Positions 1 to 11,045 of a stretch of 64,000 bases of DNA are shown here, piece by piece. Source of the stretch: an uncultured Planctomycetota bacterium (GTDB lineage Bacteria > Planctomycetota > Planctomycetia > Isosphaerales > Isosphaeraceae); the NCBI GenBank assembly GCA_963845755.1, contig CAWJTV010000005.1, positions 640,001 to 704,000 on the forward strand, given 5' to 3'. The notes under the pieces are model-generated. The model was not told the origin of the DNA, ran no database searches, and worked only from the letters and a program-made list of their open reading frames with translations. How positions within the stretch are numbered: the stretch's first letter is position 1; each line of letters starts with the position of its first letter. Position numbers and translations under genes: made by a program.

Positions 1-76
1 GGTCACGCTCCTTCTCGATAGTCGCAAACCGTGAGGACGGCCCGAGGCTGCGTCTCGGGTAGGGAGGGACTCTTCC

Positions 77-1600
77 ATGGGTACGACCGAGGGGCGGCGC
101 TTGCTCTTGGGCCTGGATGTCGGGACGCAAAGTGTCCGGGCGGTCCTGGTCGATCTCAGCGGCCGCACCGTCGCCACGGGAGTCGAGCCGATCGAGACGA
201 CCCATCGCAAGCCGGGCTGGGCGGAGCAAGAGCCGTTGGATTGGTGGCGGGCATCGGGTCATGCGGTCAATAAGGCCCTGTGCCGGGGCGGTGTGCCATC
301 CGAGTTCGTGGTGGCGATGGGACTCGATTGCACGGCGTGCACGGTGGTCGCCTGCGGTGCCGATGGGAAGACCCTGGCCCGCGCCCTGCTCTGGATGGAT
401 CAGCGGGCCCACGTCGAGGCCGCCGACATCAGCGCGACAGGCGATCCGGTCCTTCGGTACGTTTCGGGTCGCGTCTCACCGGAATGGATGCTGCCGAAGG
501 CCCTCTGGCTCAAGCGGAACGAGCCCGACACCTACCATTCGGCGGATCACATTGTCGAGTGCACAGACTGGATGATGCATCAACTCACAGGCGAGTGGAC
601 CTTGTCGCTGAATCACGTGGCCGTCAAATGGAACTACGCGCGGCCGGACGGTGGATGGCCGATCCGACTCCTCGAAACCGTGGGGCTGGCGGACCTGCCG
701 GCAAAATGGCCGGAGCGGATCGTCCCCCTGGGTCGAGGCGAAGGGCGTCTCTGTCAGGACGCAGCTCTTGAGCTTGGCTTGAAGCCGGGGATCCCGGTCG
801 CCCAGGGCGGCATCGACGCGTATCTCGGAATGCTCGGTCTTGGCGCGACCCAGGACGGGGACGTCGCGGTGATCATCGGGTCCAGCACATGTCACCTCGC
901 GCAGACGCGAGACGGCATCTTCGGCTCGGGAGCCGGGGGCTGCTATCCCGACGCGACGGTCGAAGGACACTACACGCTGGAGGCCGGGCAGACGTCCACC
1001 GGTTCGATCCTCGACTGGTACAGCCGCCGCTTCGCCGGACACGAGCAGCGCGAGGCCGAGCAGCGGAACGTCCACCCCTTCCTCGTGCTGGACGAACGCG
1101 CCGCCGCGGTACCGCCGGGCTCCGACGGTGTGGTCGTTCGCGACGACTGGCAAGGGAATCGCTCTCCTTACAAGAATCCACAGGCGCGCGGCGCGATCAC
1201 CGGACTGACGCTGGCCCACGGTCCCGGCCACGTGTACCGCGCGATCTACGAGGCCACGGCCTGCGGCACTCGTCACATCCTCGAAGATGCGTCGGCGCAT
1301 GGCCTCGGCGTGGAACGGATCTTCATCGGGGGTGGCGGGGCGAAATCCGCCTTGTGGTTGCAGATCCACGCCGACATCCTCAAGAAACCCGTCCATCTGG
1401 CTCGAGAACCCGAGGCATGCGCGCTGGGGTCGGCAATGGCCGCGGCCGTCGCCGCCGGCATCTATGTGGATTTCGACGAGGCTGCACGTGCCATGGTGGC
1501 GATCGAGAAGATCGTCGAGCCCAACCCGGCGAACGAAAGCGTCTACGACGAACTGTTCGGACGGTACGTCAACCTCTATCGGCGGCTCCACGGAACTTGA
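77..1600 (+). CDS. FGGY-family carbohydrate kinase (pentulose/ribulokinase-like)
   Basis: 507 aa ORF with N-terminal LGLDVGTQSVRA, WMDQRA, SPEWMLPKALWLK, GGIDA, GSSTC, DWQGNRSP and GGGAKS motifs; SD-like GGGAGGGA upstream. Confidence 0.9.
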   Translation: MGTTEGRRLLLGLDVGTQSVRAVLVDLSGRTVATGVEPIETTHRKPGWAEQEPLDWWRASGHAVNKALCRGGVPSEFVVAMGLDCTACTVVACGADGKTLARALLWMDQRAHVEAADISATGDPVLRYVSGRVSPEWMLPKALWLKRNEPDTYHSADHIVECTDWMMHQLTGEWTLSLNHVAVKWNYARPDGGWPIRLLETVGLADLPAKWPERIVPLGRGEGRLCQDAALELGLKPGIPVAQGGIDAYLGMLGLGATQDGDVAVIIGSSTCHLAQTRDGIFGSGAGGCYPDATVEGHYTLEAGQTSTGSILDWYSRRFAGHEQREAEQRNVHPFLVLDERAAAVPPGSDGVVVRDDWQGNRSPYKNPQARGAITGLTLAHGPGHVYRAIYEATACGTRHILEDASAHGLGVERIFIGGGGAKSALWLQIHADILKKPVHLAREPEACALGSAMAAAVAAGIYVDFDEAARAMVAIEKIVEPNPANESVYDELFGRYVNLYRRLHGT

Positions 1601-1642
1601 CGTCCGGCACGACCAATCGGCCTTCCAATTCTTTCACGCACG

Positions 1643-1660
1643 CAATGTTTCGAAATATTG
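1643..1660. promoter_or_regulatory. Near-perfect 18-bp palindrome, candidate transcription-factor operator
   Basis: CAATGTTTCGAAATATTG (reverse complement CAATATTTCGAAACATTG) in an AT-rich intergenic patch. Confidence 0.4.
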
Positions 1661-1938
1661 ACGCTGCTCTTGAAGATTCGCGTCCGGTTCGGTCGAGAAA
1701 ACGGATCTAGTGAGCGAAGGATCGACGACGTGGGTCGTTCCGTCCGAATCCGACGAGGGGTCCGCGACTCCATCCTGATGGACCTCGATTTCGAATCCTG
1801 ACGGTTTCTTTGTGCTGGATCCTCGGTCGGCCTCGTTCATGAGATGGTTCGACTCGGATCAAAGGAACTCGTGCCATGGAGCGGCCGATCCGGGGTGAAA
1901 AGCCATCCGATGCCGGCTCGCCACCACGGGGGACCACG

Positions 1939-3827
1939 ATGCAACGCGTCCCTCTTTCGGCTTCGGCATCCCGGGGACTCCGAGTCGACCAGGCCCGGAT
2001 GAATCCGAAGCGGTTCCGGACTCGTCGCGGCGTGGCGACTCTGGTGGGACTGGGAGTCATCATCGCCTGTCTCCTCTGGGTGCCCGGGCTCCGAAACCGG
2101 CGGCTCGACCGAGCCCCCGGGCAGGTCATCGGTGAGTTCGCGCTTCGGTGAAGTGAATACGGGGCGGCTGCATCGACTCTCGGATCATCGGGGCCGGATT
2201 CTCGTCATCGTCTTCGTGGGCACGAGCTGTCCGGTCGGGGACCTCTACATGGGTTGACTGGCCGAACTCGCGAGCACGTATCGAAACCGAGGCGTCGATT
2301 TCGTGGCGATCAATTCCAACGCGAGCGAGACGGTCGAAGAGGTCGCCGAACATGCCCGCGAGTCCGCCGCAACCTTTCCGGTCCTCAAGGATCCCGAGAA
2401 CCGGGTCGCCGACCGACTCCTGGCGGAGCGCACCTGCGAGACCCTGGTGATCGACGGACTCGGCCGGCTCCGTTATCGCGGCGCCATCGATAACCAGTAT
2501 GGACGGGGAACACGGCGTGCCGAGCCGACCCACAACTACCTCATCGACGCGATTTCGGCCCTTCTCGAGGGCCGGGATGTCTCGCCGAAGATCACGCAGG
2601 TCGTGGGTTGCCCCATCGAGCGGACCGCTCCTCCGAGAAACCTCAGCCCGAAGTCGAGTCTTCTGCGCGGTCGCTCGAAGCAAGAGCCCGAATCGGAATC
2701 CGCGACCGTGGCCCTTCGCCGAGAGGTCACATACGACCAGGTCGCACCGATCCTCCATGCACGTTGTGTTCCGTGCCATCGCCCGACTCAGGTCGCTCCG
2801 TTTTCGCTCCTGACCTTCGATCAGGCCCGGCGCTGGGCGGTCTCGATCGGCGAGGTCGTCGGCGAGGGGCGTATGCCGCCCTGGCATGCCGATCGGCGAT
2901 TCGGTCGGTTCGCCAACGACCGGAGCCTAACCGACGAGGAACGCTTGTCGCTCCTGTCGTGGGTGGAACATGGCGCTCTGCGCGGTGATGCGTCCCGGGC
3001 GCCCGCCCCTCCCAAATTCCAGGATCTCTGGTCGATCGGAACGCCGGATCTCGTCTTCGAGATGGCCGAGCCCTTCGCGATCCCCGCCGAGGGCGTGGTA
3101 CCGATCCAACGAATTTATGTGTCAACGGATCTTGATGAAGATGTTTTCGTTCAGGCGGCAGAGGCCAGGCCTGGAGATCGGGCGGTCGTCCATCACATCT
3201 GCGTCTTTGTCGAGGTTCGATCGGGCTCCAAAGTTTCCGCGCCCGCCTGGCAGAACCTGCTGGTGGTCTATACTCCCGGTGATATGCCGTCGATCTTTCC
3301 TTCCGGTGTCGCCAAGCGCATTCCTCGCGGAGCCAGGCTGTTGTTCGAGGTCCACTACACTCCGATTGGCAAACCCCGGGCCGATCGTTCGTCGGTCGGT
3401 CTGATCCTCACGCGCGAGCCTCCGCGGCACGTGGCGATGACGCGGGGAATCCCCCAACGAAACTTCCGGATTCCGGCCGGCGAGGCGGATTACGTGGCCC
3501 GTTCCGTGTTTACGCTCAAGAACGATATTCATCTCCTCAGCCTGACCCCGCACATGCACATGCGCGGCAAGAGCTTTCACGTACTCCGCCCACTATCCCG
3601 ACGGCCGAGAGGAGGTCCTCCTCTCGGTACCGAGATTCGATTTCAACTGGCAGAGCACCTACCGACTGCTCGAGCCGAAGTCGTTGCCGAAAGGGACGGT
3701 CATCCATTGCGAGGCCCACTTCGACAACTCCCCTGAGAATCCGTCGAATCCGGACCCGACGCGCACGGTGACCTGGGGGGAGCAGAGCTGGGATGAAATG
3801 ATGATTGGTTTCCTGGATTACTATTAG
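1939..3827 (+). CDS. Redoxin (AhpC/TSA) + heme c + copper type II monooxygenase-like multidomain protein; interrupted as assembled (frameshifts ~2149 and ~3578, in-frame TGA at 2255-2257); start codon uncertain
   Basis: TM segment ([16 protein letters not shown]), then [31 protein letters not shown] (redoxin), CVPCH heme motif, MPPWHAD, VVHHI, EVHY, PHMHMRG; after the last shift [26 protein letters not shown]. Confidence 0.8.
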
Positions 3828-3934
3828 AATCGCGTTCCTCGTGGAAACACGCGATCCAGGGGTTCGATCCAGGATGGCGGTTCGAGACATTCCGATCGCT
3901 CGCCGGAACCGTGCGGCCCCGCGCGGAACGGTGC

Positions 3935-5206
3935 TCAATCGGGATTCCGATCCGTCTTCAGAGGTTGCGCGGGCATCCCGACCACGGTCTGGCCGTCGCC
4001 GACATCGCGACCCTTGGTGACGACCGCGTTGGCACCGACGACCGCATCCCGGCCGATGTTGACCGGCGCCACCAGGATCGAGCCGGCCCCGAGGCGGCTG
4101 CCGTCGCCGATCCGGGTCGGATGCTTGCGATCGCCGTCAAAGTTGGCCGTGACGGCCGTCGCGCCTACATTGACGGCCACTCCCACCTCGGCGTCACCCA
4201 AATAGGCCAGGTGCCGGACGATCGTCCGGGCGCCCAGACGCGATTGCTTAATCTCGACGAACGCGCCGACCTCAACATCATCACCCAGGACGGTCCCCTC
4301 GCGGAGGTGCGTATGGGGACCGATCCGGCAATTCGACCCGATTCGGACAATGCCGTCGATCACCGTCGACGGGTAGATGATCGTCTCGTTACCGATCGAA
4401 CATCGCGGGTCGATGTACGTTGTCCGCGGGTCGACGATCGTGACCCCTTCGGTCATCCAGTGATCGTGGATACGCGCCTGCATGATCGCTGTCGCCTGGG
4501 CCAAATGTTGGCGTGTGTTCACGCCGAGGACGTCATCCGGTTGCAGGACATCGAGTGCCAGGACTTTACGTCCCATGGCCTTGAGATGTTCGGGAGCGTC
4601 TGTGAGGTAGTACTCGCCCTGGGCATTGCTGGTCCCGATCTGGTCGAGGGCGTCCCAGAGGCCCGGCAATTCGAAGACGTAGCAGCTCGGGTTCACCTCG
4701 GTGATGGCACGTTCCTCGGGCGTGCAATCGCGTTCCTCGACGATGCGGAGGAACCGTCCGGCTGAGTCGCGGAGGATGCGGCCGAATCCGGTCGGATCGG
4801 GCAGGTGGACCGTGCCGAGCAAGCACGCGACCTGGTCGGACTCCTGGCGCACGAGGAGATCGGCCAGCGGCTTGGGCCTGAGTAAGGGCTCATCGCCGAC
4901 GAGGATGAGGACGGGGCCTTGATAATCGGCGAGGCAGGGCCGGCAGACCCGGGCGGCATGGCCCGTACCGAGCTGCTCGGTCTGCGTCGCGAATACAATG
5001 TCGGGCTCGTTGTGAAGGTATTCGCGGACCTGGTCGGACGCGTAGCCGACCACCACGACGATGGTCCGTGCGCCGGCACCTCGCGCGGCGTCAACCACGT
5101 ACCGGATCATCGGCTGGCCGCAGACCTCATGGAGGACCTTGGCCCGATCCGATTTCATCCGCTTGCCTTGACCGGCAGCCAGAATAATCGCGACGGGTCC
5201 ATTCAT
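3935..5206 (-). CDS. glmU: Bifunctional UDP-N-acetylglucosamine pyrophosphorylase/glucosamine-1-phosphate N-acetyltransferase
   Basis: IILAAGQGKRMKS..KVLH, QLGTGHA, NAQGEYYLTD, GVN, followed by a hexapeptide left-handed beta-helix (HLAYLGDA, NVGA, NFDG). Confidence 0.95.
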   Translation of the reverse strand: MNGPVAIILAAGQGKRMKSDRAKVLHEVCGQPMIRYVVDAARGAGARTIVVVVGYASDQVREYLHNEPDIVFATQTEQLGTGHAARVCRPCLADYQGPVLILVGDEPLLRPKPLADLLVRQESDQVACLLGTVHLPDPTGFGRILRDSAGRFLRIVEERDCTPEERAITEVNPSCYVFELPGLWDALDQIGTSNAQGEYYLTDAPEHLKAMGRKVLALDVLQPDDVLGVNTRQHLAQATAIMQARIHDHWMTEGVTIVDPRTTYIDPRCSIGNETIIYPSTVIDGIVRIGSNCRIGPHTHLREGTVLGDDVEVGAFVEIKQSRLGARTIVRHLAYLGDAEVGVAVNVGATAVTANFDGDRKHPTRIGDGSRLGAGSILVAPVNIGRDAVVGANAVVTKGRDVGDGQTVVGMPAQPLKTDRNPD

Positions 5207-5491
5207 TTTCAATCGTGGTGAGAACGTAGTCGGTGGTGTTCGGAAAGACTCGAGTCCGGAAGTCCCATTGCGACCGAGGATCGCCGGACTCGGCGGCTCT
5301 GCTTGAGCGAATATCATAAAGAGTCATTGTGCAACCCGTCAAACGCCCTTATCGCTGGTTATGGGCCGAGAAGGCGAACCTTGAACGGCGGAATCGAATC
5401 TGTCAGACTGAGTCCGACGGGGGCCGGAGCGGGTTGGAGCCGCTGGTAGGTCGGACCCTCGACTCGCATCTCTTCCGGGGGAATGACGCGC

Positions 5492-5779
5492 ATGTCACTC
5501 TCGAACGCGGACGTGGCCAAGGTCGCGTTGCTGGCGCGGCTGAGGATCCGGCCGGACGAACTGGAGACGTTTACCGGCCAGCTCAATGCGATCGTCGATT
5601 ATGTCGCGCAACTCCAGGAAGTGGACACGACCGGCGTCGAGCCGCTGGCCCACGGTATCGATGTCCGCAACGTGTTTCGCGACGATATCCGCGGCGAGCC
5701 GCTGACTCGCGAGCAGGCGCTGGTCAACGCCCCCAAGCGAAACGCGACGAGCTTCCTGGTCCCCGCCGTCCTGGAATGA
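5492..5779 (+). CDS. gatC: Asp/Glu-tRNA amidotransferase subunit C
   Basis: VAKVALLARL..VDTTGVEPLAH..NVFRDD..NAP..FLVPAVLE; first gene of gatCAB. Confidence 0.95.
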   Translation: MSLSNADVAKVALLARLRIRPDELETFTGQLNAIVDYVAQLQEVDTTGVEPLAHGIDVRNVFRDDIRGEPLTREQALVNAPKRNATSFLVPAVLE

Positions 5780-5852
5780 TGGATCCCTTGCCTGAAGCCC
5801 GGAATACCGCCGCCCGCCGCGGCCGGGCGGCTCGAGCCGAGGACGCCGATCG

Positions 5853-7416
5853 ATGACTCATGATACCGCCGTCGCGATGTTGGCCCGAATGAACGCGGGT
5901 GAGACGACCTCCGAGGAGATTGTCGGCTCGCTGCTGGAACGGGCCAGGAGCTGCCAGCGACTCAACGTATTCGTCCACCTCGAAGAGGAGTCGATCCTCG
6001 CCCGCGCCCGCGACATCGACCGGAAACGCCGCGCCGGCGAGGTGCTCGGGCCACTGGCCGGCGTCCCGGTGGCGATCAAGGACGTGCTATGCGTGGACGG
6101 CGAGCCGACGACGTGCGGCAGCCGGATGCTCCGCACGTTCCGCCCGCCGTTCGATGCGACGGCAATCGCCCGGCTCAAGGCGGCCGATGCGGTCCTGTTC
6201 GGCAAGACCAACATGGACGAGTTCGCGATGGGCTCCTCCACCGAGAACAGTGCCTACGGACCGAACGCGCAACCCGTGGGATGAATCGCGCGTGCCGGGC
6301 GGCTCCTCGGGCGGCTCGGCCGCCGCCGTCGCCGCCGGGCTGGCGCCTCTGGCGCTCGGGACCGATACCGGCGGCTCGATCCGCCAGCCCGCGGCCTTGT
6401 GTGGCGTCGTCGGGCTCAAGCCGACCTATGGCCGGGTCAGCCGATTCGGCCTTATCGCCTACGCGAGCTCGCTCGACCAGATCGGCCCGTTCTCTCACGA
6501 CCTCGCGGATACCGCGCTGCTCCTGGGCGTGATCGCCGGCCGCGATCCCAAGGACTCGACCAGCGTCACGGAGCCCATTCCGGATTATCTCGCTCGCCTG
6601 GACATGCCTCCTGAATCGTTGCGTGTTGGCGTCGTCAAGGAGTTCTTCAGCGAGGGACTCGACCCCGAGGTTGCCGCCGCCGTGCAGGAGGCTGCCCTCG
6701 TCTACCAGAACGCCGGCGCGACGATCAAGGACGTCTCATTGCCTCACTCGAAGCACGGCATCCCGGCCTATTACATCGTCGCACCGGCCGAGTGCTCCAG
6801 CAATCTGGCCCGATACGACGGCACAACCTACGGCCATCGCGCCGAGGACTTCTCGCCCAGCTTCCCGGGCGAGGAAGATCTGGCGCCGATGGTCCGGATG
6901 ATGATGGTCAGCCGCGCCGAGGGCTTCGGCGCCGAGGTGAAGCGGAGGATCATGCTCGGGACGTTCGCGCTCTCCGCCGGTTACGCCGACCAGTATTACA
7001 ACAAGGCCCTCCAGGTCCGTCGCAAGATCCGCGGCGACTTCGATGCGGCGTTCCAGGAGGTCGACGTCCTGCTCGGCCCGACGTCGCCAACGCCCGCGTT
7101 CCAGATCGGCGAACGGACCGCCGATCCTCTGGCAATGTACCTGTCGGATATCTACACGATCACGGCCAACCTTGCCGGTATCCCGGGAATCAGCATCCCG
7201 TGTGGTCTGACCAGGTCAGGTCTGCCGATTGGACTGCAACTGCTGGCCGCGCCGTTCGCCGAGGAGACGCTGCTACGAACCGCCCGAGTCTTCGAGCGTG
7301 CGACGGATTGGCACACCAAGCGGGCGATCTTGAACAAATGGCAGGTGAGCGATCGTTGGCGAGACTCGGCGAGTTCCGTGAGCGATCTTGAGAAGGCTTC
7401 GATTGGAGGTGAGTTC
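5853..7416 (+). CDS. gatA: Asp/Glu-tRNA amidotransferase subunit A (frameshift ~6264; no in-frame stop before gatB as assembled, true end uncertain)
   Basis: [29 protein letters not shown], then after the shift [59 protein letters not shown]. Confidence 0.95.
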
Positions 7417-8904
7417 ATGGGGTCGCCTCGCGATTGCGAAATCATCATCGGCCTGGAGATCCACGTGCAGCTCCAGACCGAGAGCAAGATGTTCTCCTGG
7501 AGCGGGACAGACTTCGGCCTGCCGCCGAATACGCAGACCGACCCGGTCTCGCTGGGCCTGCCCGGGACACTGCCGGTGATGAACCGCAAAGCGTTCGACC
7601 TGGCGCTGAAGACGGCGATCGCGCTGCATGCCCAGATCGCACCTTTCACCAAATGGGACCGGAAGAATTACTATTACCCCGATCTGCCCAAGAACTATCA
7701 GATCAGCCAGTATGACCTGCCATTCTCGAAAGGCGGGCACCTGGAGATCCCGGTTCGAAAGGACGGCGGCGGGGGCGGGCGTTGCGGCTTGACGAGGATC
7801 CACCTCGAGGAGGACACGGGAAAACTGACACACGACACCGGGGGTTTATCCGAGGTCGACCTGAATCGCGCGGGAATCCCCCTCCTGGAAATCGTCACGG
7901 AACCCGAGATCCGCAGCCCGGCCGACGCGCGGGGATGCCTCGAGGAACTCAGGCTGACCCTCCGCTACCTCGAAGTCTCCGACTGCGAGATGCAGGAAGG
8001 CTCGCTGCGCTGCGATGCGAACGTCAATCTTCATATCGCCAGGGATGGGAAGACGATCGCCACGCCGATCGTGGAGATCAAGAACCTCAACAGCTTCCGT
8101 GCCGTCGAGAAGGCGTTGATCCATGAGGTGGGACGTCAGTATCAGAAATGGCTCGAGGATGGCAAGACGATCAAGGACGCGCCGAAGACAACTCGGGGCT
8201 GGAACGACGTCGAAGAGGTCACCAAGCCTCAGCGCGAGAAGGAGACGGCCGCGGATTACCGATACTTCCCCGAGCCCGACCTGGTCCCTGTGATGGTCGA
8301 CGCCCCCTGGCTGGATCGCATTCGCACCTCGATCGGCGAACTTCCCTTCGCGCGCCGTCAGCGATTCGAAACGGAGTACGGCCTCTCCTCCTACGACGCC
8401 AACGTCCTGGTCGAGCAGGGGCAGGACGTCGCGGATTACTATGATGCTGTCGCCAGGTCGACCGGCGAGTTCAAGCTGGCGAGCAACTGGATCCAGCAGG
8501 ACGTCCTGCGGACCATCAAAGAGAAGAAGTTGACCATTGCGGAATTCCCCGTTCGTCCCGAAGGGCTCGCCAACCTGATCAACCGGGTCAAGCGATCCGA
8601 GGTGAATACCAACCAGGGCCGCGAGATCCTGGGGCGGATGATCGATACCGGCGATCCGGCCGAGGTCATCATCGCGCAGGGCGGTTACCAGATGGTCTCC
8701 GACCGGGACGCGATCGCCGCGGCGGTCGTGGCCGCCATCGCGGCCAATCCCCAAGCCCTCGACGAGCTGAAGAAGGGAAAGAAGAAGCCCGAGGCCGTCA
8801 AGGGCTTCCTCCGCGGTCAGGTGATGAAACAGACCGGAGGCAAGGCGAATCCGGTCCTGGTCGGCGAGCTGCTCGAGGCCAAACTGGCCGAGTTGCAAGA
8901 GTAG
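7417..8904 (+). CDS. gatB: Asp/Glu-tRNA amidotransferase subunit B
   Basis: [74 protein letters not shown]; own SD GGAGGT upstream of ATG 7417. Confidence 0.96.
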   Translation: MGSPRDCEIIIGLEIHVQLQTESKMFSWSGTDFGLPPNTQTDPVSLGLPGTLPVMNRKAFDLALKTAIALHAQIAPFTKWDRKNYYYPDLPKNYQISQYDLPFSKGGHLEIPVRKDGGGGGRCGLTRIHLEEDTGKLTHDTGGLSEVDLNRAGIPLLEIVTEPEIRSPADARGCLEELRLTLRYLEVSDCEMQEGSLRCDANVNLHIARDGKTIATPIVEIKNLNSFRAVEKALIHEVGRQYQKWLEDGKTIKDAPKTTRGWNDVEEVTKPQREKETAADYRYFPEPDLVPVMVDAPWLDRIRTSIGELPFARRQRFETEYGLSSYDANVLVEQGQDVADYYDAVARSTGEFKLASNWIQQDVLRTIKEKKLTIAEFPVRPEGLANLINRVKRSEVNTNQGREILGRMIDTGDPAEVIIAQGGYQMVSDRDAIAAAVVAAIAANPQALDELKKGKKKPEAVKGFLRGQVMKQTGGKANPVLVGELLEAKLAELQE

Positions 8905-8921
8905 GATTCAGGGTTCTGTGA

Positions 8922-9761
8922 TCAAATCGGCGCTCTACCATCTCTGCGGGCGTCTCTCCAGAGACGGTGCAGTTCGTCGAGGTCGTGAACCCTCAGATCG
9001 ACACTTGTTGGCACGATCTCGTCCGGGTCGGCGTTCAACCAGATCGTGAACATCCCCGCGGCGCGTCCGCCGATCATGTCGGAGGCCGTGCTGTCGCCGA
9101 CCATGGCCGCCTGCTGGGGTGAGCAGCCTAGCCGTTCGATGGCGACCCGAAAGAACGGCGACTCCGGCTTGCCGATGGCGATCGGACGGACCCCGCTCGC
9201 CGTGGCGATCGCCTCGGCCAGCGAGCCGCAGCCGGGGTCGAATTCACCCGGCCCGACGGGAAACCGCGCGTCCATGTTGACCGCGAAGAACGCCGCCCCG
9301 GAGGCGACGGCCCGCGCGGCCAGTCGCAGCCGGTCATAGCTGAATTCCGGATCAATGCCAACCACGACCGCTTCCGCTTTCATCCCGTCCTCGTCGCGAA
9401 CGATCGTGTGTCCGCAAGATCTCAGGATCTCGTCCAGCTCATCGGTGCCGATTGAGTGGACGCGGACTGGTCCCAGGTGCTGACGCACTTCTGTACCGGC
9501 CAGGTCCAGGGCTGCGAGCATCTCCTCCGTGGTCGCAATAATGCCGAGGTCCGCGAGCCGACGTCGCAAGGCCGCCGATCCGTGCCTCGATGAGTTTGAT
9601 GCGAAGACGAGGCGGATCCCCGCAACGCGCAGGTGCTCGACCAATTCGATTGCGCCGGGGAGCAACCGAGGGCCTTCCCAGATCGTCCCGTCCAGATCGA
9701 GGGCAAAGCCCCGCAGATCCTGGAGTCCTCGCAAGGTCGAATCCTCCGGGCGGTGATTCAT
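8922..9761 (-). CDS. HAD-superfamily subfamily IIA hydrolase (NagD-like phosphatase)
   Basis: ALDLDGTIW (motif I), ASNSS, IGKP, MVGDSTASDMIGG. Confidence 0.9.
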   Translation of the reverse strand: MNHRPEDSTLRGLQDLRGFALDLDGTIWEGPRLLPGAIELVEHLRVAGIRLVFASNSSRHGSAALRRRLADLGIIATTEEMLAALDLAGTEVRQHLGPVRVHSIGTDELDEILRSCGHTIVRDEDGMKAEAVVVGIDPEFSYDRLRLAARAVASGAAFFAVNMDARFPVGPGEFDPGCGSLAEAIATASGVRPIAIGKPESPFFRVAIERLGCSPQQAAMVGDSTASDMIGGRAAGMFTIWLNADPDEIVPTSVDLRVHDLDELHRLWRDARRDGRAPI

Positions 9762-10061
9762 CTCGAAACTCTCCAGGCGTCTGTCGCGGCGAAATCCGTC
9801 TGCCCCCTCGGTGAGAGACACATCATCCTGTTCCGAAGAGCCTTCGCCGCGTTGACTCCAGGAGAGTTTACCATCTTCTCCGATCTTGCCGACACCGGGT
9901 AAATCGGCGCTGGAATTGCATGATAGGACATTCGGGCGCCACACCGGAACGAGTAGCCAACGAGGTGCGCGGCGCGGTAGAATCCCGTGAGTGAATCCAT
10001 GAGGACGGCACGGCGATAATCAGCCTGCGGCCATCCGACCATCGCGTGGGAGGAGCCTTCG

Positions 10062-11036
10062 ATGAACTTGCTGGACCAGTTGCGCACGATGACCGTGGTG
10101 GTGGCCGATACGGGCGACTTCGAGTCCATCGCCCAGTACAAGCCGCGAGACGCGACCACCAATCCCTCCCTCTTGTTGAAAGCGGCACAGATGCCGGCGT
10201 ATCGCAAGCTGCTCGACGAGGTCATGGACTCTGCGCAGAGTGAGGGGAACGATCACGCCTCGCAAGTTGAGGCAACAATTGACCGTCTGTTCGTCGCGTT
10301 CGGCAAGGAAATCCTGAAGATTATCCCCGGGCGCGTGTCAACCGAGGTCGATGCCCGCCTCTCGTTCGATACCCAGGCCACGATGGAAAAGGCGCGTCGG
10401 TTGATCTCCCTCTATGAGGGCGACGGGATCGACCGCAAGCGCATCCTGATCAAGATCGCCTCCACCTGGGAGGGCATCCGGGCGGCCGAGAAGCTGGAGA
10501 AAGAAGGCATCCACTGCAACATGACGCTTCTCTTCAGCTTCGCGCAAGCCGTGGCATGCGCCGAGGCGGGCGTCACCTTGATCTCTCCCTTCGTTGGCCG
10601 GATCCACGACTGGTATTGCAAGAAGCAGGGCGTCAAGACCATTGCTCCTACTGAGGATCCTGGCGTCCATTCGGTCACTCAGATCCATCACTACTTCAAG
10701 AAATTCGGCTATCCTACCGAGATCATGGGGGCGAGCTTCCGCAATATCGGCGAGATCACCGAGCTGGCCGGTTGCGATCTGTTGACGATCTCGCCAGAAC
10801 TGCTTGGAGAGCTGAAGAAGACCGAGGGCACGGTCGAGCGCAAGTTGACCGTCGAAAAGGCCAAGGCCGAGGATATCGAGCGGATTCATCTCGACGAGAA
10901 GACGTTCCGCTGGATGCACAATGAGGACGCCATGGCCACCGAGCAGTTGGCCGACGGCATCCGTCGTTTCTACGCCGATCTGACCAAGCTCAAGGAGCAT
11001 CTGGCCAAGCTCGTTCGCCAGCCGGTCGGGGTCTGA
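10062..11036 (+). CDS. tal: Transaldolase
   Basis: [63 protein letters not shown]. Confidence 0.97.
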   Translation: MNLLDQLRTMTVVVADTGDFESIAQYKPRDATTNPSLLLKAAQMPAYRKLLDEVMDSAQSEGNDHASQVEATIDRLFVAFGKEILKIIPGRVSTEVDARLSFDTQATMEKARRLISLYEGDGIDRKRILIKIASTWEGIRAAEKLEKEGIHCNMTLLFSFAQAVACAEAGVTLISPFVGRIHDWYCKKQGVKTIAPTEDPGVHSVTQIHHYFKKFGYPTEIMGASFRNIGEITELAGCDLLTISPELLGELKKTEGTVERKLTVEKAKAEDIERIHLDEKTFRWMHNEDAMATEQLADGIRRFYADLTKLKEHLAKLVRQPVGV

Positions 11037-11045
11037 ACGGGCCGA

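Noticed and set aside
3855..3900. GGTTCGATCC / GGTTCGAG T-arm-like motifs suggesting a tRNA
   Set aside because: No acceptor stem, D-arm or anticodon arm could be built
5899..6264. N-terminus of the 1001-aa ORF as a novel domain
   Set aside because: Wrong-frame translation of gatA upstream of the indel at ~6264
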